Below, in pieces: positions 1-14,700 of a stretch of DNA of 64,000 nucleotides. Made by a program: the position numbers and the translations under genes. Numbering within the stretch: position 1 is the first letter of the stretch; each line of letters opens with the position of its first letter. The notes under the pieces were generated by a model. The model had not been told where the DNA came from. It was given only the letters and a program-made list of their open reading frames with translations, and searched no databases. The DNA is from Amphiscolops sp. MND2022 (Eukaryota): NCBI GenBank assembly GCA_964187785.1, contig OZ076409.1, forward strand, positions 6,326,001 through 6,390,000. The letters run 5' to 3'.

Positions 1-158
1 TGGTGGTCTCAATCAACGTGTGTAAAAAAAGGACAACAAACAAAAAACTAAACAACACATATCATGTCATCCAATGATGTCATCATCTCAGCAGCACAAG
101 AAGAACAAACACGCTTCCACGAATTCAAACATCTCAACAGCAGCAGGCATTACCCTTA

Positions 159-552
159 CAGGCTCTTTTCTGAACCCCCTCCCCCCACCATAAAAAATTT
201 TAGTATGAATTGCATGCAACTTTTTCGAACTTTGACTAAATTGAAACTCAATTTTTTTCAGTAAGAAAAAATTAATTTCTCCTGGAATATTTTTTGTATG
301 AACAGAACATTTTCCACGCATTTTGACTGTGATTATGCTGAAAATTAAGCGTTTTTTCATGACTCAAGACCGGAAGCTGGTGATTTCCTCATTCACAATG
401 CGTAACTTCATCAAAAATAGTGTGAACAAACTTCATATCTGGATCCTAAATTGACATCTTGAAATCAAAATCCGAAATTGGTTTGGCATCCTGTTTTTGT
501 TGTAATAGTATTTTTACTGATTTTTCAAAAAAAAATTGGTGTTGGGGAGAAA
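159..552. mobile_element. MITE-like dispersed repeat (same family as 15289-15692)
   Basis: Starts CAGGCTCTTTT..CCCCCCAC and ends GTGTTGGGGAGAAAA. Internal GACTCAA..GGAAGCTG.TGATTTC..AATGCGTAACT..GTGTGAACAAA is shared with 15490-15590. Confidence 0.55.
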
Positions 553-3303
553 ATTGCATTGCTTTTACAGGCTCTTTTCCATTTTCTTACCTACCATCAA
601 CATTTTTTGATGGTAATTTACAGAAAAATTTTCAAACTGGTTGATTTCGAAGTGAAGTTTTCCCATAACAGGAAGTTAACTTCTATTGAAATAGTATTTC
701 GTTTGAACGAAACATTTTTCAAACATTTTGTTTGTGAACAATTCACGCTTGTTTTGGCAATCCAATGAAAAGTGTTTTCTGCAAAAACTGTTGGAAAATT
801 GTACTTTTTTTGAAAACTTGAACAGATTTTTTGGTCATGCTTGCTCTAAACACTCTAAACAGCCGGTGCATCCGAGTCTTCTTCCTGCTTATCAACTTCT
901 CTTCCGTCTCTGCAACCCTCCACTTCACAAACCAGGATAGTGTTCGTCCCCAAAATCAAGTTTTCCCTCGGCCCTATCACTATCATATTGCTCCTTGTTG
1001 AATTGTTCCTTGAGCTCTAGAATTTCTTGAGAGAAGATAAGTTTTTGTTTCTTTGAAATGAGCAAAACTGAAAATATCACCCTACAATGAGAATAACAAA
1101 AAAACACTGTATTATACCTTTTAAAAGTTCACATAATTAAAATAAAACGAAGTAAAAATTATTGTTATTGTAACTTTATAAAAGGGACAGTGTAATTCAA
1201 TTGATGCAAGTTTAAAAAAGTAATAAGAGTAATAAGAAAAATAATAAACAACATAAGAGCAACTGACATGTTGATGCGTTGCTCCATTGAGAAAAGTGTA
1301 GCGAGTGCCAAAAAAAATCAACCAGAATATTGAAGATACAAGGAACTTTTATACGTTCCTTTTCTGATTCTGCAAGTCTAAAGTGTCGGAAAAACGGATG
1401 GAATTTTGTTCTGAGCTTTTAATCCCACCGTACTCCGAAAACTGAACCTTTCCCAGTTCTGCACAGAAAAACGACTCGAAGTGCTGACGCGATAACTCAA
1501 GGACTCCCAAGACTGCCAAGGGAAACTCCAGTTTTCGAAAATTCTCGTGTTTTTATCAGATTTGGCCCAGCCCTTGGCAGTCAGGGCCACAATTTGCTTC
1601 ATATGACCGCGTTTTGGTAAAATGAATCAAAATTCACTGCCATCTGGTGAAACAAGAACTCGAAAGAAAAGAAGTAAAAAAGTAATTTCATTGGATGATT
1701 CGAAACAACGCATAACATTACATATGGCATTAGACTTTTACCAACCAAAATGGACCACGAAGGGGCATAACTGCTCTTCGAGTCTTTGCCTCTAGAAGCA
1801 AGTTTGAATCAACTTTTTACCGAACAACTTATGAGAAAAATGAAAACAGGATTTGATATTTACAGTATACAAATGAAGAAGTTTTGCTAGATTGGTACCC
1901 GGATCGAACTAAATCTTTCCAAGTTTTCAGCAATTAAAAACATCTATTTCAACCAATTAAACGCTCTACTAAACAAGATTTCGAGAGGTGTTGTCTTAGT
2001 CAACGTTCTGGCGTTGCCGAACTGAAAAAATCATCAATGGCTCCATCGCGTGGCTTGGTTTGTTTCTGACGTGGCTAGATTTTCAAAATAAATCACGAGC
2101 GCCTCGGTACCGATTTGCTTGGAATTTCTTTTAACGATTTCAATAATATAAAGATCAATTACTGTAAGTATTCAGTTTGCAACTGAAGGTATCATTCATT
2201 GATTCATAGTGCTTGCTGAAGATCGCTCGTGTGATTCGCCTCTGAGCAACCTATTTTTTTTTCAAATTTGTTTCGCTGCTAATCCTTAAGCTAATAATCC
2301 GTTTAAAAATATTCATTTAGCAAACAAATTGTAAAACTTGAAACGACATTCGCTTGGGTACAGATCTCTCACCCTGTTCATCAAAGTTCAGACCTTGTTT
2401 AGTTTCTTAAGAACATAATAAATATTTTCTTTAAATCAGAGGCACTTGTCCCGATGTATACCAAGATACTTGCAAGATCTTTATAAACTAGCTTTTTTCC
2501 AATAGGATTTCTTTCTATTCGGTCTAAATGACATCGCTTCAGAATTCTTGCTTTGAACCTATTGGTGAATTCAGATAAACTGATCCATATAGTTACATTC
2601 ATCAAATCTTGAGACTCCAAAGGGTCAGATTGTTACCAGAGCCTATAAGAGTACTGTCATCATCTCACATAACTACTGGATGATTTTTGATGACATTGTG
2701 CATACCATTGACGTAGAAAAGAGAAAAAGGAGACCCAGGAGAAATTATTGAGGCACTTTTGTAGTTTTCACTTTTTCAATGGTTTTCGAAACATGTGGAT
2801 AAATTTTGCCATCGATCATTTAGATAACGTTTTAAACACCCCTCTAGAGTGACCACAAGAGTGACCCGTCTTAACCCGTAATTTTCTATTTTTCCCATGA
2901 TCGATGGTGTCGAACGCTTTCTCGATGTCAGTGGAGCAATCTTGTACCGTCTTTTTTCCAGCAAATTTTTTCTCATGTATTCGGTGCCAGAATTAATTGC
3001 ATCTACACATGAGATCTAAAACCATTTTGTAATGCAATGAGAATGTTGTGTTTTCGACAAAATTTGATCATTCTCTTCTGCATTTTCTCTAAAATCACTC
3101 TTCTGATGTAAACGGATCTAAAATCACTGCATTTTGGTGAATAAGGACAAAAATCACTAAATATAGTCGAATCAGCCCTGAAACTACTATTCTGTTGAAA
3201 AAAGCGAAAAAATACTATCCTGTGGATTGAGGCCTAAAATTATAGCATGGAACGAGCCATCATAATTGTGCTGCAGCTGTTGTGAGATCTGTGTCTGCGT
3301 GTC

Positions 3304-4392
3304 TGTCAGAACGCAGTGACTTCCCGAGGTTGTGGACGTTTTGCTCGTTCTCTTCTTTACTGTTCGTCACCTCAGTATGGGCTCTCACCATACTTGTTAA
3401 TTCTCCAATTTGTTTGTTCATTGCTAAAAATCTCTGTTCAATTCTGAACTCTTCGTGGTCCCTAGAGATCCCCTCAGTGAAAGAAATTCCAGAGTAATGA
3501 TCAGCAACGCAAATTATGTCGTCATCATCAGCGAATCGGCCTACTCCTGACTGTTCGTTTCGATTCTCTTTATTATTCTAAGATCTAGAATTTACCATTG
3601 TTGAAAAAAACGGCTCGTTTTTTTTCGTCAAATTGAGTTTAAATTTTAAAGCCACGAATGTACGTTTTACTAAGTTGGAGGCAAAGAAGGATTTGGCGAT
3701 AAGAGTAAGCAGCACGTCTGATTATCACGGTAACAATTGGTTTAATAGTCAAGTTCTGTTTCGTAATAGCACCTTCATAATTTTCAGTCCAGTCGCGCGT
3801 TAGTAACGCCTAATTGACTGCGTCTATTTATTCAGTCTTATTGGGTGAGTCAGCAATCACACTTCATGGTGCGTTAGATACCTTCATCGTGGTTACTTCA
3901 GTAATCACTAACCCTCACCACAGCACTTTAGCACCCGTTTTTGTACCAGTTCATGTTACTGATCTTTCCACTTTTTAGAACCGACTCATTTACGACTAAT
4001 GGTTATGGCACAACAATAATTTCACATAATCATGGTAATATAAATCGATGCATTAATTGTTGATGACGACTGAATTTTGTGGTAGTAAAAGTTAATTCCT
4101 TCGACGTACAAGTTTACCCACTATATAGTTTTGACTGCTGCTACTCGTGGTTGTTATTTTTTAAGAAGATGAATGAAAGATGATTATCACAAACACTAAT
4201 CGATGCTCTATTTTTCATGTATTATATAATGAACTGCATGCAAAATGTTGGGTAAAAGTGACGACTGGATAGATCGGTCGTTCTTTTCGTTAATATAAAC
4301 TATGAAATGTTAGTTTGTATTGAGCTGAAACTAAAGTCCTCAGCGCCTGGGATGTGTCGTCGTGAAATTCTATCACGCCATCCGGCATGACA
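3304..4392 (-). mobile_element. Solo LTR of a long-LTR Gypsy family, carrying a decayed gag-like N-terminus
   Basis: TGTCA...TGACA termini. Flanks GTGTC/GTTTC (4/5 TSD). Minus-strand frame from ~3598 (MVNSRS*NNKEN..IEQRFLAMNKQIGELTSMVRA) runs to the LTR end, as in Gypsy-C LTRs. Confidence 0.6.
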
Positions 4393-4476
4393 GTTTCTAA
4401 ACCTAGTGTTTCAAAATCGAAATTTTGAGAATATCGAAGAAATTTTTTTAACTAACACTTTTTTAGGCTAGCATTA

Positions 4477-7400
4477 TGTGAGGCCTTATGCTGACACAAA
4501 ACACAAAAGGTGCTAATAATCATTGAATCTGGAACTGTAAATATTCAACAACGTACCTGTCAACTTTCGTCGTCGAAACGACACTTGTTCTGTTCATTGC
4601 AGAACACAAAGTTGCCTTGAACGTTTGAAGTTGTAAATTCATAAAACATTATTGTTAGCCCGCAGTTTTCATCTATAATATGACGCTGCGACAAAACAAA
4701 CTTGAAGAAAACGAAACAAAAGACGGAAAATCCGCCGTCGCGGGGTTGACCCCGTACTGGAGTGACTATCAGAAAAAGCTCAGCATGGAGTGGCGAAAAT
4801 GGAGCGAACTTTCTGCTGTCGCGATGACAGCAAAACATCCTTTATTCATCAGTGAAGTTCTCAGAGTGATCGCAAACGAAGCAGATAGAAACAAAGCTCT
4901 GCTTAACAACTTGGATTATGCTGTAGGAGAGAGAAAATCAGCCAGCGTGCTCCATCTTTCTTTGGGATCTGCTGCAAGAAAAACCTTTACCGAAAAATTT
5001 CCGACAGCCAAATTTGCAGAGATGTCACTTCAAGATCTGATGACAAACTGCAAAGACACTTTTGATACTAAACGTAATCGAAACCTCGATAGTTTCAGAT
5101 TCTCGTCCAGAAAGCAGTCGGAAGCTGAGACATTGGAACAGTTTTGGCATTCGCTAAATGGGTTGGCAGCGGAGTTTTCGGAACACAAACCGAATTTCCT
5201 GCACACGACATTTTCGTACTCAACATAAGATATCTCGCAGTACAGGAAAGACTCTGTACTGAGCATAAATCAACGCCACAAGACGCTTTGGAATTTGCCA
5301 TAGCTTTTGGGGAGGGAACACTGCGGCAGAAGTCATATGATGAAACAAAACTGGAAATAAAAGCTGAAAAGAAAAGCTGCGCAACAAATAAAAGGTAGTA
5401 CTGTCTCAGATGCGGGATGGAGAATTTCAACATGAATCACGTAATGCTTTGCCGTGCAAAAGGTAAACAATGAAACAAGTGTGGTGTGATGGGACACTTT
5501 GGTAAGGTGTGCACAAGAAATCTCAAACAGAACCAACAAGGCCAACCGTCGCAGCGTGTAAATTGGATTCAAGAAGACCAAAACAACAAAAGACGAAGAG
5601 GACAGTGAAGAACAATACGTGTTGGGAATAGATAGCAGTCACCTCCCTTTATGGTGAAAAGAAAAATATATCGGATTGAATATTGCCCCATGATCGACTC
5701 GGGATGACCAGTCACTATAATCAGCCATGAAGAACATCAAAAGATCCTCCAGTACGATGCACTATTCGATCGTCCACTACCATAAGATGAGAAGTATGTG
5801 GATTTCAATAAAAGACCAATGAGCCTGTTGGGTTACATATTTTGCGAATTAGAGGTGGGCGAAACATACAACCGAAAAGCAAGGATATTTGTGACACGCC
5901 CTGGGGAAAAATCCATAGTTGGGAGAAACTGGATCAACTACTTACAGTTCAGCATTGAACCCAAAACAAAGGATAAGGTATATAACTCTATGAAAATTTT
6001 CAGTAAAGAAGAAGTAAAGCAAAATCGAAAACGAAAGGAGGAAATGAAGGTGCAGTTCCCAAACCTCTTTCATCGAAGTGGTAAAATAAAACATCATAAA
6101 ATTCATGCCAGATTCCACGAAGGTGCGATGGTGAAAAAACAAAAGGGCAGCCGCGTACCCATTCAGAAACAAGAGTCTGTGAAAAAAGAAATCAACAGGC
6201 GACTGCAGGAAGATCACATCGTCAAATTAGGCGATATCAAAGAAGACATTTTTCTGCAGCTCACAGTTATCACGGTGAAAAAAGACAGTAGTGTAAAAAT
6301 TGCGTTGGATGCACGAGAATTAAACAAAAAGGTTGTAAAAGACAAATATCCAATGCCGAATCTGGACAACCTCATGGACACGATGGCTGAACGCGTTCGT
6401 AGAGGACCCGGTAAAAATTTTTTCTCCACGTTGGACAAGACATACGATTATGGGCAAGTGGAACTCATCTCAGATACATCCAGACAGTGTAACGTCCAAA
6501 TAATTGGCGGTGAAGCAACAGGGGTATACGGATTTCCGACAGGGATCTATGGACTGACGACAATGCCAACTGGGTTCCATAGAAAAAAAATAGAAAAAAA
6601 ACTTCGCAAAAATATGTTAACCTTTCAGATAACTACTAAAAAAAGTTAACATTTGGAATTGGAAAAAAGATGACGAGGAGGCATTCGAACAAACAAAAGG
6701 AGAACTAAAGAAAGTCACAATGCTAAATCATTTCTACAGAAAATGTCCGCTACGGATCTTTTGTGATGCAAGTAAAGCTGGATTAGGAGCAGTACTCAAA
6801 CAAAAAGGAAACGGAGAATGGAAACCAATATCATTCGCATCACGAGCTTTAACTGAATTAGACTCGAAATCCTCAATACATTGACTTGAACTGCTCGTCA
6901 TTGTCTGGTCGGTAGAGTATGTCCGCAGGTACGTTTACGGCGAAATGTTAACAAAACTGTGGGATCACGAAGCAATCGCCACGGTTTTAAGGGACAAAAG
7001 GCGAATAAAACGTACTCTAGTAGGCTCACGAGGTGGGTTGATAGGTAGTTACCTTATGAGTGTGAAGTTGTACACGGTCCCGGGCGCACACTAGGTATCG
7101 CAAAATATTCGTCACGAAATCTAACGGAATTGAACGAAAGTTCAATAAACGCTGAAACAAAATATTATGGGAAGAGTGGTTCACAAAAAAGTTGTTTCAG
7201 AAAGGAAGAACAGCGTGCTGACAAATCAGAAAGCAACCCGCGGCGGCCGGCAACCAATAACAATCGAGAACGGCGCAACGGAAGACGAAGGTGTGAAAGA
7301 AAGTGTCCACGCCGCCGCGTCCATTAAACAAACAATTAAAGCTATTTGCATTAAACAGAACGACAAAATGAGGGCGAACGAAAGCAAATTGCAACAACTG

Positions 7401-8743
7401 GCAATTAAAACACGAGTGAAAATACCTTTTACAATTGCACTTAACGACAGAATTACAAATATTCCTCTTAAGCCTAGCATTTAGAGAATCAGCGAGATTT
7501 TCCTAGCTGGAACATATAAGCACGACTCTCTATTGCAAACCGTCATTAGTTTGCTGAAAGAATTCGAGTAAAAGAAACGACGATCATTACCAAAGGTATG
7601 GCGACAAGCGTATCAGGGAGTTCAGTCTCGACGAGAATGATTTCCTCTACGTCGATGAAAAGCTAGTTATTCTTGAGTAACTTTGCAAGCCGATCTTTAG
7701 GAGCTTACATTGGGTGAATGCTGGCCAGGACGCTATGATTCAAGCAGAGATGGCCACAAATTCACAGAGATGTAGTGTTGTTGGCTCAATCATGCAGTCA
7801 ATGTCAGAATGCAGGTAAAAATGTAAAAACATTTTTTCCACAATCAGATTTTGGAAAATTACTCGCGGCGGAAAGTCAAATCGATGAGATAGCATTAGAT
7901 TTCGCAGGACCGTTCAATTTAGCACCGGAAAATAAAAAGTACCGATTTGTAGCAATTGATCACAAAACAAACCCGGCCGAATGCCATGTTTGTGAGAAAA
8001 CCTACATCAAAGAGGGTTTTAGTGTTTCTGCAGGGACAAATAGCACAATTTGGCATTCCCTAAGAAATAAGAACCGACCCGGCAACCATTTTCCGCGGCG
8101 AAAAGGTTAGATAATTTCGTAAAGGATTCTTTATCAAACAAAGAGAATGCCCCGTATGTGAACATCGCGGAAACTGAAAAATTGAACAACTAATTCGAAC
8201 AATAAACGAACGGCTAAGAGCAGAAATGTCGATAGTAACTGAGATGGGAAGCACTTGATTAGCACGCCTCCTTTTCGCTCTTCGAACGGCCGCGGCAGCC
8301 AATTGCAATAGTCCATTTGAGAACTTATTCGGACGTAAGCCAAATAACATAATGAATTTACTGACAGAAAAACTGCAAACTTGTTTAGAAAATGACAATC
8401 CGCTCCAACTGTCACCCGACGACTTCCCCAAGAACGACGATTCAACGGAGTTCTTGAGAGACAGAACAAAGAATCCAAAACTGGAAAGTCAATTTTGAAA
8501 AAAAAGTGCAATAACCCAAGAAACAGCCCACATCCTCACGCAGCACACCAATCGCCGCCATCAAGTAGTAGTTTCCAAGCGAGATGTGGCGAAAGTAAAT
8601 ACAAAAACTGCCTCGTATAGAATCCGAACGGACAAGCAAAGAGGAGACAGTCGTTCTCTAGAAAAAAAGTGAGATGGAGCTCAAACAACATCTGAAATAT
8701 TTTGCGGCCAAAGACTATAAAAAAAGAAAATCTAAAAAACCAA
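4477..8743 (+). mobile_element. Gypsy-A, 3'-truncated duplicated copy (5' LTR 4477-4648, decayed gag-pol)
   Basis: TG..CA LTR similar to 16127-16298. Frameshifted gag, protease (IDSG), RT (ALDARELN, KYPMPNLD), RNase H (CDAS) and integrase (IALDFAGP) fragments. Confidence 0.88.
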
Positions 8744-11700
8744 CCTATCAGAGTACTGTCATCATCTCACATAACTACTGGATGATTTTTGATGACATTG
8801 TGCATATCATTGACGTAGAAAAGAGAAAAAGGAGACCCAGGAGAAATTATTGAGGCACTTTTGTGGTTTTCACTTTTTCAATGGTTTTCGAAACATGTGG
8901 ATAAATTTTGCCATCGATCATTTAGATAACGTTTTAAACACCCCTCTAGAGTGACCACAAGAGTGACCCGTCTTAACCCGTATTTTTCTATTTTTCCCCT
9001 GATCGATGGTGTCGAACGCTTTCTCGATGTCAGTGGAGCAATCTTGTACCGTCTTTTTTCCAGCAAATTTTTTCTCATGTATTCGGTGCCAGAATTAATT
9101 GCATCTACACATGAGATCTAAAACCATTTTGTAGTGCAATGAGAATGTTGTGTTTTCGACAAAATTTAATCATTCTCTTCTGCATTTTCTCTAAAATCAC
9201 TCTTCTGATGTAAACGGATCTAAAATCACTGCATTTTGGTGAATAAGGACAAAAATCACTAAATATAGTCGAATCAGCCCTGAAACTACTATTCTGTTGA
9301 AAAAAGCGAAAAAATACTATCCTGTGGATTGAGGCCTAAAATTATAGCATGGAACGAGCCATCATAATTGTGCTGCAGCTGTTGTGAGATCTGTGTCTGC
9401 GTGTCTGTCAGAACGCAGTGACTTCCCGAGGTTGTGGACGCTTTGCTCGTTCTCTTCTTTACTGTTCGTCACCTCAGTATGGGCTCTCACCATACTTGTT
9501 AATTCTCCAATTTGTTTGTTCATTGCTAAAAATCTCTGTTCAATTCTGAACTCTTCGTGGTCCCTAGAGATCCCCTCAGTGAAAGAAATTCCAGAGTATT
9601 GATCAGCAACGCAAATTATGTCGTCATCATCAGCGAATCGGCCTACTCCTGACTGTTCGTTTCGATTCTCTTTATTATTCTAAGATCTAGAATTTACCAT
9701 TGTTGAAAAAAACGGCTCGTTTTTTTTCGTCAAATTGAGTTTAAATTTTAAAGCCACGAATGTACGTTTTACTAAGTTGGAGGCAAGGAAGGATTTGGCG
9801 ATAAGAGTAAGCAGCACGTCTGATTATCACGGTAACAATTGGTTTAATAGTCAAGTTCTGTTTCGTTATAGCACCTTCATAATTTTCAGTCCAGTCGCGC
9901 GTTAGTAACGCCTAATTGACTGCGTCTATTTATTCAGTCTTATTGGGTGAGTCAGCAATCACACTTCATGGTGCGTTAGATACCTTCATCGTGGTTACTT
10001 CAGTAATCACTAACCCTCACCACAGCACTTTAGCACCCGTTTTCGTACCAGTTCATGTTATTGATCTTTCCACTTTTTAGAACCGACTCATTTACGACTA
10101 ATGGTTATGGCACAACAATAATTTCACATAATCATGGTAATATAAATCGATGCATTAATTGTTGATGACGACTGAATTTTGTGGTAGTAAAAGTTAATTC
10201 CTTCGACGTACAAGTTTACCCACTATATAGTTTTGACTGCTGCTACTCGTGGTTGTTATTTTTTAGGATGATGAATGAAAGATGATTATCACAAACACTA
10301 ATCGATGCTCTATTTTTCATGTATTATTTATTGAACTGCATGCAAAATTTTGGGTGAAAGTGACGACTGGATAGGTCGGTCGTTCTTTTCGTTAATATAA
10401 ACTATGAAATGTTAGTTTGTATTGAGCTGAAATTAAAGTCCTCAGCGCCTGGGATGTGTCGTCGTTAAATTCTATCAAGCCATCCGGCATGACAGTTTCT
10501 AAACCTAGTGTTTCAAAATCGAAATTTTGAGAATTTCGAAGAAATTTTTTTAACTAACACTTTTCTAGGCTAGCATTATGTGAGGCCTTATGCTGACACA
10601 AAACACAAAAGGTGCTAATAATCATTGAATCTGGAACTGTAAATATTCAACAAAGTACCTGTCAACTTTCGTCGTCGAAACGACACTTGTTCTGTTCATT
10701 GCAGAACACAAAGTTGCCTTGAACGTTTGAAGTTGTAAATTCATAAAACATTATTGTTAGCCCGCAGTTTTCATCTATAACATGACGCTGCGACAAAACA
10801 AACTCGAAGAAAACGAAACAAAAGACGGAAGATCCGCCGTCGCGGGGTTGACCCCGTACTGGAGTGACTATCAGAAAAAGCTCAGCATGGAGTGGCGAAA
10901 ATGGAGCGAACTTTCTGCTGTCGCGATGACAGCAAAACATCCTATATTCATCAGTGAAGTTCTCAGAGTGATCGCAAACGAAGCAGATAGAAACAAAGCT
11001 CTGCTTAACAACTTGGATTATGCTGTAGGAGAGAGAAAATCAGCCAGCGTGCTCCATCTTTCTTTGGGATCTGCTGCAAGAAAAACGTTTACCGAAAAAT
11101 TTCCGACAGCCAAATTTGCAGAGATGTCACTTCAAGATCTGATGACAAACTGCAAAGACACTTTTGATACTAAACGTAATCGAAACCTCGATAGTTTCAG
11201 ATTCTCGTCCAGAAAGCAGTCGGAAGCTGAGACATTGGAACAGTTTTGGCATTCGCTAAATGGGTTGGCAGCGGAGTTTTCGGAACACAAACCGAATTTC
11301 CTGCACACGACATTTTCGTACTCAACATAAGATATCTCGCAGTACAGGAAACACTCTGTACTGAGCATAAATCAACGCCACAAGACGCTTTGGAATTTGC
11401 CATAGCTTTTGGGGAGGGAACACTGCGGCAGAAGTCATATGATGAAACAAAACTGGAAATAAAAGCTGAAAAGAAAAGCTGCGCAACAAATAAAAGGTAG
11501 TACTGTCTCAGATGCGGGATGGAGAATTTCAACATGAATCACGTAATGCTTTGCCGTGCAAAAGGTAAACAATGAAACAAGTGTGGTGTGATGGGACACT
11601 TTGGTAAGGTGTGCACAAGAAATCTCAAACAGAACCAACAAGGCCAACCGTCGCAGCGTGTAAATTGGATTCAAGAAGACCAAAACAAAAAAAGACGAAA

Positions 11701-14700
11701 AGGACAGTGAAGAACAATACGTGTTGGGAATAGATAGCAGTGGGTCACCTCCCTTTATGGTGAAAAGAAAAATATATCGGATTGAATATTGCCCCATGAT
11801 CGACTCGGGATGACCAGTCACTATAATCAGCCATGAAGAACATCAAAAGATCCTCCAGTACGATGCACTATTCGATCGTCCACTACCATAAGATGAGAAG
11901 TATGTGGATTTCAATAAAAGACCAATGAGCCTGTTGGGTTACATATTTTGCGAATTAGAGGTGGGCGAAACATACAACCGAAAAGCAAGGATATTTGTGA
12001 CACGCCCTGGGGAAAAATCCATAGTTGGGAGAAACTGGATCAACTACTTACAGTTCAGCATTGAACCCAAAACAAAGGATAAGGTATATAACTCTATGAA
12101 AATTTTAGGCAAATTCGAAAACGAAAAGAGGAAATGAAGGTGCAGTTCCCAAACCTATTTCATCGAAGTGGTAAAACAAAACATCATAAAATTCATGCCA
12201 GATTCCACGAAGGTGCGATGGTGAAAAAACAAAAGGGCAGCCGCGTACCCATTCAGCAACAAGAGTCTGTGAAAAAAGAAATCAACAGGCGACTGCAGGA
12301 AGATCTTATCGTCAAATTAGGCGATATCAAAGAAGACATTTTTTTGCAGCTCACAGTTATCACGGTGCAAAAAGACAGTAGTGTAAAAATTGCGTTGGAT
12401 GCACGAGAATTAAACAAAAAGGTTGTAAAAGACAAATATCCAATGCCGAATCTGGACAACCTCATGGACACGATGGCTGAACACGTTCGTAGAGGACCCG
12501 TTAAAAATTTTTTCTCCACGTTGGACAAGACATACGATTATGGGCAAGTGGAACTCATCTCAGATACATCCAGACAGTGTAACGTCCAAATAATTGGCGG
12601 TGAAGCAACAGGGGTATACGGATTTCCGACAGGGTTCTATGGACTGACGACAATGCCAACTGGGTTCCATAGAAAAATGGGTCTAACTCTTGCAGGTATT
12701 TCAAAAACATTTTGATTCCTAGACGACATCCGCATAGTTACGCACTGAATTGAGGAAGAACACTCTGAGACAGTCCTTGACGTACTGTAGAGATTGGACG
12801 AAGCAAACATCAATTCGAAATTGGACAAATGTAAATTCTTGGTGGACAATATTGAGTGGGTTGGGTCCAAGCTCTCAGAACAAGGTGTAGAGCCAATAAA
12901 CAGGAAAGTTCAGGGTATTTCAGAACGATTGAAACACACAAACCTAAAAGAACTTAGGTCATACTTGCGGCCAAATAATCAGTTTAATATAATTATCCTC
13001 GACTTCGCAAAAAATATGTTAACCTTTCAGATAACTACTAAAAAAAGTTAACATTTGGAATTGGAAAAAAGATGACGAGGAGGCATTTGAACAAACAAAA
13101 GGAGAACTAAAGAAAGTCACAATGCTAAATCATTTCTACAGAAAATGTCCGCTACGGATCTTTTGTGATGCAAGTAAAGCTGGATTAGGAGCAGTACTCA
13201 AACAAAAAGAAAACGGAGAATGGAAACCAATATCATTCGCATCACGAGCTTTAACTGAATTAGACTCGAAATCCTCAATACATTGACTTGAACTGCTCGT
13301 CATTGTCTGGTCGGTAGAGTATGTCCGCAGGTACGTTTACGGCGAAATGTTAACAAAACTGTGGGATCACGAAGCAATCGCCACGGTTTTAAGGGACAAA
13401 AGGCGAATAAAACGTACTCTAGTAGGCTCACGAGGTGGGTTGATAGGTAGTTACCTTATGAGTGTGAAGTTGTACACGGTCCCGGGCGCACACTAGGTAT
13501 CGCAAAATATTCGTCACGAAATCTAACGGAATTGAACGAAAGTTCAATAAACGCTAAAACAAAATATTATGGGAAGAGTGGTTCACAGAAAAAGTTGTTT
13601 CAGAAAGGAAGAACAGCGTGCTGACAAATCAGAAAGCAACCCGTGGCGGCCGGCAACCAATAACAATCGAGAACGGCGCAACGGAAGACGAAGGTGTGAA
13701 AGAAAGTGTCCACGCCGCCGCGTCCATTAAACAAACAATTAAAGCTTTTTGCATTAAACAGAACGACAAAATGAGGGCGAACGAAAGCAAATTGCAACAA
13801 CTGGCAATTAAAACACGAGTGAAAATACCTTTTACAATTGCACTTAACGACAGAATTACAAATATTCCTCTTAAGCCTAGCATTTAGAGAATCAGCGAGA
13901 TTTTCCTAGCTGGAACCTATAAGCACGACTCTTTATTGCAAACCGTCATTAGTTTGCTGAAAGAATTCGAGTAAAAGAAACGACGATAATTACCAAAGGT
14001 ATGGCGACAAGCGTATCAGGGAGTTCAGTCTCGACGAGAATGATTTCCTCTACGTCGATGAAAAGCTAGTTATTCTTGAGTAACTTTGCAAGCCGATCTT
14101 TAGGAGCTTACATTGGGTGAATGCTGGCCAGGACGCTATGATTCAAGCAGTTGCCGACATCTGATGGCCACAAATTCACAGAGATGTAGTGTTGTTGGCT
14201 CAATCATGCAGTCAATGTCAGCAAGCAGGTAAAATTGTAAAAACATTTTTTCCACAATCAAATTTTGGAAAATTACTCGCGGCGGAAAGTCAAATCGATG
14301 AGATAGCATTAGATTTCGCAGGACCGTTCAAATTAGCACCGGAAAATAAAAAGTACCTATTTGTAGCAATTGATCACAAAACAAACCCGGCCAAATGCCA
14401 TGTTTGTGAGAAAACCTACATCGAAGAGGGTTTTAATGTTTCTGCAGGGACAAATATCACAATTTGGCATTCCCTAAGGAATAAGAACCGACCCGGCAAC
14501 CATTTTCCGCGGCGAAAAGGTTAGATAATTTCGTAAGGGATTCTTTATCAAACAAAGAGAATGCCCCGTATGTGAACAACGCGGAAACTGAAAAATTGAA
14601 CAATTAATTTGAACAATAAACGAACGGCTAAGAGCAGAAATGTCGATAGTAACTGAGATGGGAAGCACTTGATCAGCACGCCTCCTTTTCGCTCTTCGAA

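Larger units (their letters stand above)
2642..8743. repeat. Tandem segmental duplication, copy 1
   Basis: Near-identical to 8744-15157 (initial offset 6102). Lacks ~325 bp of RT that is present in copy 2 (12678-13001). Confidence 0.95.

Noticed and set aside
840..2640. Short minus-strand ORFs (925-1107, 1378-1602, 2399-2620)
   Set aside because: Somewhat protein-like, but no recognisable family or consistent splice chain.
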